Origin: Lama glama
Lineage: Eukaryota
Assembly: GCA_028534125.1 (NCBI GenBank)
Contig: CM052825.1
Location: 25,978,001 to 26,042,000 of the forward strand
DNA length: 64,000 bases
Direction: 5' to 3'
Positions within the stretch are counted from its first letter, which is position 1, and each line of letters opens with the position of its first letter. A model generated the notes under the pieces. It had not been told where the DNA came from. It did not search any database and was given only the letters and a program-made list of their open reading frames with translations. Shown one piece after another: positions 45,251-59,500 of this stretch. The translations under genes were made by a program, and so were the position numbers.

Positions 45251-45889
45251 TAGGGAGGGAAGTGGAGGGAACAGGAGGTGACTCGCCCAGGATCTAGCAC
45301 TGGAGGGCTTGGGAAGAAGCTCAGACTCACATGGGGTGGGGAGGGGGTTCAGTGGGCACACAGGCCTGGACCTCAAGAGGGAAGCTGGACCCTGCCGTTG
45401 GCTCTGGACATCATGGGGCAGCACCCAGGGGCTCACTCCACAGCCCTTTGTCAATGAGCAGGACTAGGAGAAGGTATTTCCGGCTCTATCAATAATCCCC
45501 AGAAGACACAACCCCAGGGGGTATCATACAGCACAGGCCAGGGTGTGGATGCTTCCAGGGATCCAATATTTAGCATCCCCTGGGGGTCTTGGATCCTCCC
45601 AGAGTCTGACATACATCCTTGCATCCTTGGCTTTCCTGAAAGTGTGTGCTGACACATATTCACAACAAAGGCCACTGCCCAGTTGTGTCCTGTTCCTTTG
45701 GTCCCAGGCTCGGAGCTTGGTGAGTGCTGAAGGCAGGTGTCAGTTCACACAGCAACCAATCCAGAGTAATGAATGGCAGCATATATCAACCTGAAGTCAA
45801 AGGCTGTTAAACAGAAGATGTTGCTGGTCATTTGGGCAATTCTGAAAGCAGCACCATCCAACGTGGGGAAGCTGGGAAATGGATCTGTC

Positions 45890-46710
45890 TCAGTCTCCTT
45901 TCCTCTTATAGAACACAGGTGTACTCACAACACTTCAGATACCAAATGTGTGGGGTTTTCTCAGTAAGCAATTCTCCAGATCCCTTTGCACACCAACTGG
46001 GTGTCTTATGATTTAACTCAATTCGGACACAGACTGCCCAGCATCAGTGCAGACGCTACAGTTTAAGGGCTCTGTCTCACAAGACAGGCCTTACTTCAGA
46101 TGCCAGCAACAAGTCCAGACTGTTACCTGTGTTTCTGGCCCACCAGCTGTAAAATGAGTTTTGTAATCCTCCTCGGGTTGCCAAAACAGCTCACAGAACT
46201 CAGGGAAACACTTTGCTTCTGTTTACTGGTTTATCATAAAGGACATGACTCAGGAAGAACTAGATGGAACAGATGCCCAGGGAAGGGGTGGGAAGGGGTG
46301 CAGATCCTCCATGCCCTCCTGGGGAGCCACCCTCTCTGCACCACCATGAGTTTACAGATGGAAGCTCCCTGAACCCTTTCATTTCGGGTTTGTATGGAGT
46401 CTCCAGGACACAGGCATGACTGATTAAATCATCGACCACTGGTGATTCGTTCATTCTCCAGCCCCACCCCCTCTTAGGAGTCAGAAGTCTGGAGTGGGGC
46501 AGAAAGTTCTAACCCTCTAATCACAGGGTTCCCTAGCAACCAGCTCCCATTTCCCGAAAGTCACCTCATTGATATATACCCAAGTAAGGTTGAAAGGGGC
46601 TTGTTACGAATAAAAGATGCTCCTCTCACCCCTGGAAATCTCCAGGGTTTTAGAAGCTCTGTGCCAGGAGCCAGGATGAAGACCAAATATATATTTCTTA
46701 TTACATGACA
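45890..46710. mobile_element. ERV-derived LTR (MER21-like)
   Basis: cacaacacttcagataccaaatgtgtgggg...caactgggtgtc...cagaactcagggaaaca...ggaagctccctgaaccc...ggcatgactgattaaatcat...ggaaatctccagggttttagaagctctgtgccagga...gaccaaatatatattt. Confidence 0.7.
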
Positions 46711-47953
46711 AGAGCACAGAGTGGCCTGTGCCCAGGAATGCCATGTGAAGCCACCAGGAAGCCTGGTGCCTCTTGAGTGGGCAAGGTGGGCCAAGGGGCC
46801 TGGGTGGTGAGGACTCAGGTAACCACTGATCTTCACAGATGGGGGCAGGGGCAGGGATTTGCATTGAGGAACACTTCTCCACCTGGAGACACAGAAATGG
46901 CTCAGCCAACAAACTAGGAGGAGGTGAGGCAAAACATTAGTCAGGTAATGAAAGCTCAGGGCCGTGAAATGAGAAAGTCTACTGAAGAAAACAGGGTGGT
47001 TGTAGAGCAGAGTGCCGCCGGGGCGGGATGGAGGTGGGCAAGCTGGCCCACTGAGTGGAAACTTCCCAGGGGGTGTGTCCAGACCAGCCAACCCTATACC
47101 ATATCCTGTCCAGAAGCTGCAAAGTTGTCCTCTGTCTGACCACAGTCAGACTCTGGCCCCTTGTCCCCTCGGCAGCAACCCCCAGCTAAAGTTCCAGTCA
47201 GTGCCATCCTCAGAGCCCTTGCCAGAGCGAAGTCGAGTATGGGGGTCTCAAGCGAGAAAAGTTGTCCAGCTAAGGAGATAAGCTAGTGTTGACAGCGGAG
47301 CAACGCCTTTAGCCTGCTAACAGGGCCCCTTCTGAGACATGGACCCCAAGAAGACAACCAGAGAAGTACCCTGGATACAACAGATCGGCCTCCGACTTGA
47401 TTCCTGGGTTCACCGACCTCTCACAACACCCATGAACCCTGGGCTAGCGCTGGTTATCTCGGTGCACAGAGAAACTCTGAGCAGCACAGGTCCAGTTCCT
47501 GCACGCTGGGCCCGCCCCACCCACCACACAGCTCTACCCCGACGGGAGCCCCACCCACGACAAGGAGCCTTACCAAGCACAATCCCGCCCACCGGAAGCC
47601 CCACCCACAACACAACCCCGCCCACCTACGAAGGTCCTCCCCCGAAGAGCTCTGCTTCGGCCCTACCCCATCACTTTCGGAATGCGGCTGTTGCCACAGT
47701 TTTCAAGGTGCAACCCGAATCCAGGTTGCCCACAAGCCCGCGTCCCTCATTCCCGCTCCTCCCTCTCGAGAGCAGGGCGCCCAACGCACCGCGAGACCCC
47801 CACTGTCGCGTCCTTCTCCAAGCGCGGCGCTCCTATCCCTGTTGTTGGCGCGGCGGCGGCGCACGCGTTCTGGTCTTTCTGTGTAGTGTGAGAGTGGTGT
47901 GGGGAACTTGCGTCACGAACTCCTAAGTCTCGCGGGCCAGCACTTACTAAGTA

Positions 47954-48024
47954 GCGCCGCTGGTGTAGTGGTATCATGCAAGATTCCCATTCTTGCGACC
48001 CGGGTTCGATTCCCGGGCGGCGCA
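47954..48024 (+). tRNA. tRNA-Gly (anticodon CCC)
   Basis: GCGCCGC-TGGTGTAGTGGTATCAT-GCAAGATTCCCATTCTTGC-GACCCGGGTTCGATTCCCGG-GCGGCGCA; intact cloverleaf with A and B boxes; T-run terminator from 48031. Confidence 0.97.
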
Positions 48025-48042
48025 GTAGGCTTTTGGCTTTTT

Positions 48043-48263
48043 TATATCAGTCTAATTTTTTTCAAACATGCCTTTATTGAGTTATAGTCATTTTACAATG
48101 TCGTGTTAAATTCCAGTGTATAGTCATTTTACAATGTTGTGTTAAATTCCAGTGAAAATAACAATTTTTCAGTTATACATGAACATACATATATTCATTG
48201 TCACATATTTTTTCGCTGTGAGCTACCACAAGATCTTGTATATATTTCTCTGTGCTATACAGT
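48043..48263 (-). mobile_element. 5'-truncated young L1 3' end with an internal 36-bp tandem duplication and flanking TSD-like repeats
   Basis: Reverse complement reads actgtatagcacagagaaatata...gtagctcacagcgaaaaaatatgtgacaatgaatat...aaaatgactataactcaataaa; TAGGCTTTTG at 48026-48035 and 48264-48273. Confidence 0.85.
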
Positions 48264-48564
48264 TAGGCTTTTGAGTTTTTGAGGTTCTTTTTACCACCAT
48301 TTCAAAAAACTCTGACCTAAGAGATTTCATCAACGAAAAAAAGCCAGACAAGCGGGAAGCATCTATTCAGGTGATATGCGAACGACACAATTTTGGAGTA
48401 ACAAGCGCGATGAAAAAGCTAGGACAGCCATGGACACCGGGTGCTGAGCCGATAGGCTCCTGTAAGCCGGTGACCCAGCTCGTCGCCCGATCCGCCGCCG
48501 GAGACAGCCGCTCGCTGAGCGCCTCCAGCGGCTGCGGACCCTTTAACGCATGGCGCGCGTCCTC

Positions 48565-48580
48565 CTGGGAATTGTAGTCC
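48565..48580 (-). promoter_or_regulatory. ZNF143/THAP11 (ACTACAATTCCCAG) motif in the METTL26 CpG-island promoter
   Basis: Plus strand CTGGGAATTGTAGTCC, ~75 bp upstream of the ATG. Confidence 0.8.
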
Positions 48581-48587
48581 GTGGTGA

Positions 48588-50176
<1,589 letters not shown>

Positions 50177-50749
50177 TAAACCCAGACTACCAGCACCTGC
50201 TTCCCTGGGCCACACTATGGGGACTGGCTCTGCCCAGGCTAGGAGTTCTTGACCAGTGGCCACAAGGCTGCTGACAGCCTGGAAATAAAGTGTTTCCTGC
50301 TGCCCCACTGCTGGTATGGAGGATGATGGGTGGGCAGGCTGTCTCTCCGAGGGTTCCATACTGTGGGCAGGAGGGCTTTGGCCTGTAGGTCAGGGCTTGG
50401 GGGCATCCTGGACTCTGTTGCTCCACTCTGACAGTGAGGGGAGGGAGAGAGGGAGGGAGGACCCAGGGATCGCTGAGACAACACTGAACTGGATGTCTGG
50501 CCTTCTACCATGGGAGGTGGCACCACCTCAGTGGCTGGTCCTCACTTGTGCTTCCGCAGGGACACAGGAGGCTCCCTAGAAGGGGGGTGGTGCTCCTTGG
50601 TGACCTCAGACTGGAGCCAAAGCCCCATGTGGTGGGAGGATCCCTGCTGAAGCAGGCCAGGTGGGGAAGGGTCAGGCCTTGCGGTCCAGGACTTTTATTC
50701 AGCTGCCAGAGGTGGGGTGGGTGGGTGTGGGGTTGGGTGGGTGGATTGG

Positions 50750-53014
50750 CTAGTCCTGGAAGCGGTTGAGCAGCTCACAGGCCTTCCTCTCTAGCAGCTC
50801 CGAGATCTTCTTGACTCGCTTTTCACTGGCAGCACGGACGTAGCTGCCTGCGTCCAGCATGGCCACGCCGTCTCGTACCTCGCCCATGATGACCAGTGGG
50901 CTATCGCCCACTGTCACGTTGGGGCAGGGGCAGGCCCGGTCCATGCCACTCAGCGTCACCTCTAGGTACTTGGTGCCCAAGAACCTGAGGCCCATCTTGT
51001 CATCCTTAAGCACATCGTCCAGGGCCACACGAGCGATGCCGCCACTGCCTGCCTCGGGCTCCTCCAGCACCTCGATCAGCCGGCCCACGATGGCGAAGTC
51101 GCTGCGGCACAGGCTGAGTGCCAGCTTGCTCCGGAGCCGGCAGGCCCGGCAGGGCATTGTTCGCGGCACAGGGCAGGCATCCTCACAGCTCTCACGGCTC
51201 TCAAAGTTGTTGCCGTTGCCCTCGCAGCCGCTGTACACGAAGGGGTGGCACTGCTGCAGCAGCGGACTGTAGGCCCAGCGTGGCTCCCAGCCCTGGCAGG
51301 GGCCCTGCACGGCAGGCAGCACGCAGGCATCCCTGGGGCCGTGAGCACAGGCCTGCTGGCACGCCTCATAGGTCTCAAAGCCCTGGGCACTCCCTACACA
51401 GCTGCCAACCAGAAAGGTCATGCAGCCACCCCGCTGTGGGTCAAAGTGCCAAAGGACTAGGCCAGAGTCAGGGCCAACACAGGTCTGCGTGCTGGGAAGG
51501 CACTCAGCCGGGGCGTCAGGGGCCCCGTCCCTGGCCAGCTCTCGCTGGACCACGGAGAGCGGGAAGTCAGCCCGCAGCAGGCCAGCAGCATTTCGTGCGG
51601 TGCACGTGTAGAGGCCGGCATCCTCAAGCCGGGCGTTGTAAAGCACCAGCTGCCCGATGCTGGTGACCACCACATTGCCATACATCTGGTCTGGCCGCAT
51701 GATCAGGTTCTCCCGCTGGTCACTCTGCTTCTCCCAGGTCACGGCAGGTGGCGGGTGGCCACTGACATCACAGTGGAGGCTGGCTGTGCCCCCCACATAC
51801 ACTGCCTGTGGGGAGGGGCTGCTGTAGAGGGCAGGCGGCACCAGGGCATCCCCAGGCGTCGGGCGGGCAGTGGTCTCAGGGGGCCCTGGGCTGCTGGGTG
51901 GCCAGCTGAGGACATGCTTGCAGGGCACGACATGCAGGCGGAGGCCTCGCAGGCAGGCCTCAGCGTCCATGTAACAGCGGTTGTAGTAGGTGAGGCCGTC
52001 CGAGGCGCAGGTGAAGCTGGGCTCCTTCTCACAGCGGTCACGGCAGCGGCACACGGGCTGTCCATCCCAGATGTCACAGTCGGAGCCCTGCTGCGGGCAC
52101 ACAAAGCCTTCGCAGGAGGCCGCCTGCACGGGTGCCACCTCCAGGCCGCTGTTGGGGAAGCGGGCCGCCACACAGCTCCGCAGCCCACACACATTGGTGC
52201 AGCACTTCTCGGTGGCTGAACAGTCCTAGAGGGTGGGGGACAGCTCAGTGGACACCCTAATACCCCCCAGCACGGTCAGGGGTGCATCTCCTGCTGCCTC
52301 TCCCTGAATCTGTTTCCCCTCTGGGAGCTGAGCAGGTTTGCAGAAGTTTGCATGCCATGTTGTACAGTGAACTACAGCTCCCTGGTATGCCCATCACCCA
52401 TGTCATCTCATTGAACCTCATTGAATCCTTTGGTCCCCAAAGCAGATTTTTTTATTATTCCTGTCATACAGATGTGGACACTGAGGCTGGAGAGGACATA
52501 AAATGTGTTTAAGGCCACTTCAGTGGTGCATGGTGGGGGTGTGCGGGTCTGGGGAGTAAGAAGGGGGCCCCCCAATCTTCAAACACACGAAGGCAAAGAC
52601 TAGGGGTGTCTTTCCCCTGGGACCCTCATACAGAGCATAGTGTGAAACTAGCAGAACAGTGGGGAGCCCAAGGAGGGAGTGAACTCCCAGGGCTGAGGGC
52701 TGCCAGGGTCCCCTCTGCAGGCAAGGCCTAGGGCAGGGGTGAGGTCTGGGCTTCCCCCAGGCTGGCCAGAACCTCCAGACACTCTGGGCCCCTACAGTCT
52801 GCCCACCCCCCAACCGGGCCAGCAGGGATGTGCCCACGCTCACCTGATCCCCGATGCACTCACGCTCACAGGTGCTCTGGGCGTCCACCCAGAGGTTGGG
52901 GCTGAGCTGGTTGGGGCACACACCCGGATGGCTCCCGGGTCCTGGCGGCAGGTTGGCCCCTGAAGTCAGCCCAACCAGGAGGAGCAGCGGCAGGAGTGGC
53001 CTCGAGGCCGGCAT
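50750..53014 (-). CDS. WFIKKN1: WAP/follistatin/Ig/Kunitz/NTR domain protein 1 (GASP-2); exons 52844-53014 and 50750-52225, 548 aa
   Basis: Signal peptide; GVCPNQLSPNLWVDAQSTCEREC; CEKEPSFTCASDGLTYYNRCYMDAEAC; two Kunitz domains; NTR ending CELLNRFQD*; minus-strand AATAAA at 50694-50699. Confidence 0.97.
52398..52520. mobile_element. MIR SINE fragment in the WFIKKN1 intron
   Basis: atctcattgaacctca...attattcctgtcatacagatgtggacactgaggct, resembling the MIR core. Confidence 0.6.
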
Positions 53015-56000
53015 GGGGACTGTGGGACCAGGGGTGGGGCTGTGTGGCCACTAGCCCCTCCTCAGGCCCTGCCGAGCCCCACTCCCTACAGGCATCCACC
53101 CTTCCACACCTGTGGTCGGTACCCCTGCCCTCTGACCCTGGGCTCCCCTCTCTCCAGCAAGGTCGGAGCTCACGGTAGACGCTGTCCCAGGGGCTGGGTG
53201 GGTCCGGGTCTCTCCGAGCCGAGTCTGTGCATGTGGCACTGGCCCCTCCCCCGCCTGGCCCCTCTGGTCAGCTCAGGGCAGGGGGCGGGGAAAGGCGAGG
53301 AAGGCTGGGGAGGGGCCAGCACCCAGAAGCACAGAGACACTGGCCACAAGGGTCACCAAGGGGCGGAGAAGGGCTGGCTCTGGCTGGAGAGGGAGGGGGA
53401 ACCCTGTAACCGGAGCCCCTCCTTCCTCCAGGCCCTGGGCTCAGGGATGGAAAGGCCCAGGGATCAAAGCTGCCCTGCAGGAGGGGGCAGGGCTGGACAA
53501 CTCCTCGGGCTCCCCTACCCATCCCCGGGCCAGGATCTTTCCCAAAGCAGGCCCAGGCTGGCCCGCCACCTGGAAGTCACTGTCCAGGCAGAGGTGCAGG
53601 GGCTCTGCATCCCACCTAGCAACAATGGGGTTTTGTTCCCTTCCCAGGAGAGATTCCACAACCTCCTCCATGCCGCTTCTGAAGGTCATACCCTGCCAAC
53701 AAGTTCTGGAATCAAATCTAAGCCCTTTCTGCCGGGGGGTTAACCCTCTGCAGCACAAAGATGCCTGATGGGTGTAGCCGGGCCTTTCTCTGACCAGTGA
53801 CTGACGGGGTTGGGAGAGGCTGATGCATGGCAGGACTTTGCATTTAGTGAGCACCCCTCCCCAGTCCCCTGCTGAAACCCAGGTGCCCAACTTCTGGTCT
53901 AGGCCCTTCCTCAACTGATTAATAGGTGCCAAAAAGTGAGGTCCCAGAGAAGTGGGCAGGGAGGAAATGGCCTGTATATGCTGACCAGTCACACAGCTGT
54001 GAACACTGGAAATGTGGCCGAGGGTATCTACTTGGTCTGACTTGTGATTCTCAGTGTCCATGGCCCTGTGGCTGAGTCCTGACAGCAAACATGGGCATCT
54101 AAAAGCACCCTGAAAACAGCATGTCACAGGAGAGCTTAAGGAACTACAGGACCCAAAGGTCTTCCCCTGCCCACTTCAGGCCCCTGCACCATGGAGCCCC
54201 TCCCAGGGATGGGGGTAGGTGGGGACATCAAATGCAGCCACGGCCATAATGTGCCCTATCCAGGGGGCTGGGGCCCCAGGAAGTGTCTGCTCTGAGACTG
54301 GATGGAAAAATGTCCTGTGACCCTGTCTGGTCCCAATGAGACCAAGAGATGCCCCAGCTGTAGAGGACACCATCAGTCCCCTGCCCTATGTGGGGTCCCC
54401 AGGCATAGGGGCTTGAGGCCCAGGACACCCCTGTGGAGCCACAGCCAGAGGCAGTGTTTCCCGAGGGTGGGGGCCACTTTTAGAGGAATTGCCCCAACCG
54501 CAGCCCTGCTGGTCTCTAGGGCATCTGTCATGTCCCTGAGCTAAGCCCTGCACACCCTGTAAGCAGATGGCTCTCCCACTGAGGATGCCAACTCCAAGAC
54601 CCAGGTTCTTGCAGCTCTGGTGAGTCTTGGGGTATGGTCCTTCCAGCCCACCACCCTCGCAGGGAGCAGTGTGAACTTGGCAATCAGGCCCTGCCCAGGC
54701 CACGAAAGAGAGCTCAATGTCCCAAGTTCTGGCCCCAGGGACAACAAGCAACAGGTGGTCCCAGTGGCTGAGGGTTGCAGTACTGCACAGGCAGGGACAG
54801 GCTGAGGAGAGCTGCTTCCTGGCCCTCCAGGAACACAGGCAGCCCTGAAAGAAACCCGGCAGCCCTCAGGCCAGGACATGGAAGCTAAGCAGGGCAGTCA
54901 TGGAGGACAGAGAATCTGCAGTGAAACCCTAAAACCTACATGCAGCCATTCACTCAAAACACAGCCTGCAGTCCAGAGCTAAATTATGTTTACTGTACAA
55001 AGAAACTAAAACCATCCAAAACAAGCCCAGGAACGGTGCAAGTGTGGACAGCAGCAAAGGGTAGTGTTGATATGGTGAATGCAGGATCATCTATTTCCTC
55101 AAAACAAAGTTCAGAGAAGGGGCTCCTGCTGACAGGACAGGACAGGTGGGGCCTCCTCCGCCTGACCCCTGCTGGCAGCCAGGCCTCAGCCAGGCTCCCA
55201 GCTCACACGTGCTGCAGGCCCTCCCTGCCTCGCCTCCCAGAACAGCAGCACCCAGGACAGTCCCCGAGCAGGGGGTTGGGGTGGGGTATCACAGGCCAGG
55301 GAAGGGCCCATGGGCAGGAGGTAGAGTTGAGCACCAGTGTGACCAGTGGCCACGTCACCAGCCAGGTGGACGGAAGGAGGCCTGGCCTCCAGCTCAGGCT
55401 GGCTGGTGGGTCCTCGAGGAGGGGCTCAGCATCCACCACTAAGAAAAGGGTGAGAAAGGTTTGGTGACAGGTGACCTCACAGAGGGATGACACCAGGTAA
55501 GGAGCAGCTATGGGATCACACCCAAGGTCAGGAGACAGAAGCTGGCCAGAGCAGGGTCTAGACACCCCAGAAGGCAAATGGGGTGGGCTCAGTCCAGATC
55601 TGCCCAGGGCCCGGTGGCCCCAGGGAGTACTTATCATCTATAAGTAGCTCTGTGCCTTCAACTCAGAGACGCCGAGCCAATTTCATGTAGCAACAGATGT
55701 AAACAGAACCAGAGGTGCAGAATCAGGGAAGGAAGGTTGTTGGCCCCCATGTAGGGGAGGGGGAGCTGGGGAAGGAGTTAGGGGGCGCACCCCACGTCCC
55801 CTTTTCCAAGAAACATGGAAATTCCACTCGGTAACCTGTGAGTTGCCCTGGCTCTGAGCCCAGAGCTCCATGACACACTGGAACACGTCCAGAAGGCTGG
55901 CGGGAGCCTGAAGCTGCAGACCCACTGTGCAGACTGCTGGGGCCCGCACGCTCACCGCTGCCCAGAGCTACGTGGTGGGCATGCTGCTCACCATGCTCAG

Positions 56001-56589
56001 AGAAGCCAACGAGTGTAGCTGGGGAGTTCAAGGTTCCTGCCCAAAGCTTCCACATGTCCCCACTGGCCCCTACACAGCCCACACCCCCATGTGAAGTATT
56101 AGGTGAATTCAGATTCAAGCTGTGATGGTGGATTCCTTCCCATCTTTGCCTCAAATACACCCCCTCTCCCAATGTCCCAAAGCTCATCCCCATAGTCGTC
56201 ACCGTGTCATTGCATCAAGGCTTCCCTGCTGCTCCTTTAAAAATGTACAAAAGGGGTGAACCATCTTTTACATAAATAAGAAAGGGAATCTGGCCTCTCA
56301 GTCACCAGGGACAGCCCCTTCAAGGCTGGGGCCAGGCCAAGCTGCCTCCTGGGCTCTTCTCAGCCGCCCCTTGGAGGCCTGGGCATTTCTGCCACAATCC
56401 CGGCAGCCTGGCCCTCCCCATCCTGTGGAACTGGTTTGGCTGGGACCCCAGCCTACTAGGTGCATCCCCACGCTTCCCAGGAGGGGCTGTGTGGCCAAAG
56501 TTTTCCCTGTATACTGTGTTCGGCCCAGGCCCAGCCAGGAACTCTCCAAAGGCGTCAGCCCTCCCAGGGCACATCAGGACAGCAGGTGA

Positions 56590-59500
56590 CTACGAGATCT
56601 TGCAGTTGCTCCGTGAGCAGTTCTGGGGTGGGCTCTGGGGGGGGCGTATGGACTTGGACCGCTTGAGGCTGTTGCCCTTGCTGCTGCCACCCCCAGCGCC
56701 ACTGGCCAGCGAGTAGGAGCGCCCATGCATCATGACGGCGTTCATGCCATTGGCCATTGAGAAGGACTTGAGATGGCTCTTGATAGTGACAGGCAGCGGG
56801 AGCTTGTCGATGAGGTGCACGGGGGTACAGGAAACGATGGCCCGGCAGCAAAGGTCCTGCAGACTGAACACTGCAGATGGGGGTCAGATGATGGGGTGGT
56901 CAGACTGTGAGGAATGGGGTCAGACTGTAGAGGGGTGGGGCAGTGAAATACGGGGAGACATTGAGGGGCAAGCGGCCGTTTCACCTGCAGATGAGCACAG
57001 GTGACGCCTGGTAGAGGCTGTGGATCGGGGAGGTCTACCAAGCTCCCAGAATTCCCTAACCTGGGTGCCCCCTGACCCTGCACCAGGCACCCTTCTCCCG
57101 TTTCCTCCCTGGAGTCACACACTGAGAGGTGCCCTGGGGAGCCAGGCAGGGACTGAGCTTCCCTTGCCATCTTGGCAGCTCCGCTCTGGTGGTACTGCTG
57201 AGCCTAAGGGACTGGGCACCAAGTGAGTGGAGGACTGGGAGGTGGGGTGGGGGCGGGGGCGGTGGTGAGCTTGGAACCTGCTCCCCTGCGGGTAGTGCTG
57301 GTAGATGGGGTGGAATCTTGGGCTGGAGGGCAGGCCTGCAATGCCCTATGGCCCTCCAAGATCCCACCCACTGCAGCATGGCCCTGCCCCTCTGTAGTCC
57401 CACCCCATGGTCCTCCGGGGCCCCGCCCCCTGAACCTGGCCCCACCTCACCTCGGTTGGGCCTCCAGATCTTCTCCATGCCATGCCGCATGAGCACGATG
57501 CGGGACAGCTCGGTGAAGGACTCGATGACATTGAAATTGCACAACGGGCTGACCTCAAAGAAGGTCATGCAGTTCTTCTCCGCGTAGGCGCGTGCCTGCT
57601 CTGTCGGGACTTGCCGCTTGAAGGCCAGGTGCAGCCGGTTCCCAACCAGGATCCGGGGGACCCCGGGCGCATGCTTGGGAGGTACAGGACTCATCAGGTG
57701 CACAAACGCGGGGTGCCCACTCTCTGCGCTGTACCCCCCAAGCAGGAGGGGCCCTCTGTTGATTCTGTGACAGGTTGAGTCTCCTTGGGACACAGGACCC
57801 CACCCTAGAGTGCCACAGCAATCAGTGCACCAGAGGATGCACAGAGCCAGGGCATGGGAGGGGCAGCAAATGGGGGCCACAGAGACTCCCCACCAGGATA
57901 CGAGTACACATGCCCCAGGAAGGGGGTGACCTTGGAAGGGGGTGTCCACAGAAGCACACCTACCTCATCGATCTCCTTGATCCATCGGTCAATGCCGTCG
58001 AAAGACCAGCGGTTGGTGATGTCATACACCAGGAGGATCCCCTGCAAGGGAAACTCAGGTGTTGCGAGGCCCAGGGGCCACCTGGATGGAAGGGGTCTTG
58101 TTGGGGCTCTGCCCCACTTCACTCCCACCCAACACAAGAAGGACTAGGGACACTCGGGCACCAGCCAGATAGGTGTCAGGTAGACCATACAATTTACCTA
58201 ACATGGGGCAATGTGGAAAATGTGCTTTGAGCCTTCCTCTTGCATTTAAGAGGGGCTCTGTGCACAGGGCTCAGCTACCCCTGTCTCTGTCTCCTCACTG
58301 TGGCCCTCGACACCTGCCATGTGGGGTGGTGGTCTGACTGTCAGGGATCTCCTGGGCTCAAGGCTGCCTCCTCTCTCCCCTTGGGGATTAAGAAGGGGGC
58401 AGACCTGGCATTTTTTTCAACACCTTTTCCTCCAAGCACACTGTGTTACCCTGTGATCATTTAAAATTCACTTGAGCTAAGAAAGGGGCACATGGAACTA
58501 TAGTGAAGGGCAGGCCTTGAGGACAATTTTGGCAGGCAGGTGTGGGGCCGTGTCCCGGGCACTGTCCAACAGTGCATTCTTCCTGGGGGATGCCAGGGGT
58601 GCTGAGCAGAGGTGTTTCTGTGGTTTCCAACCCACACTTACAGAGGACTTCAGTCACTCCAGCAGCTGCATGCGCTTTCCCATCGCATCCCTCAGAGACC
58701 ACTTACTCCACCCACCTAGCTCCCCTTGTTGTCCCTACTCTAAACATCTCAGCGGCGACCAGTCAAGAGCCTCGGGAAGGTGACTCCAGCAAGCTAGCGC
58801 AACCCCTTGGCCCACTGCCTGTCTCTCACTCTACATTCCACTCTGTAGCAGGCTCAGGTACCAAAACCCATCTGCAAGCAGGATTCACACTCCTCCCTGT
58901 CTCAGGAAGGCTTCATTCATTCAGCCCACGTTTCTATCACACACAGGGGAGGAGAAAAGTGCAGCTGAGTTAGAAGGAACAGGGCATATTCCATCTCAAA
59001 ATAAGGAATTTTAAATCCCTTCCTCTTAAAAATGTCCTTCAAATTCTGGAAGAGTAGGCCCTGTTAAGATGAAGATCAAGATTACTTTAAACTCCACATG
59101 TAGCTCCAGGAAGGCCCCTGGCTTGCTGGGGAGGAAGAGCTAGGCCTGGAGGGAAATCGTCCACTATGGTGGGCAACAGAATATGACTGAAAAGAAATTC
59201 ATCCTGTTGTCAGGGGCACAGGGACCAAAGCCCTCTCCCTGGATGCTGGGGTGGGGGTAGGGCTACTAGCCCTCCAACTCAGAAACCCTCTTCTGAGAGA
59301 TAATTGAAGATATGTCCAAAAACCAGCCTTCACAGATGCTCATCAAAGCACTGCCCATAAAACAAAACAAAAAAAAAATGAGAAACAAACTAAATATGCA
59401 GCCCCCAGTGCTGCTGAACAGCTGGAGCAAGGTGCAGACTCCCCAGGCGGGCAATGTAAGTAACAGTACTTGAGAAGTACACATGCTTATCACTAGAGTG

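Noticed and set aside
47339-47926. 195-aa ORF and CCCACCCAC repeats upstream of the tRNA
   Set aside because: Pro/Thr-rich low-complexity sequence with no splice or domain support
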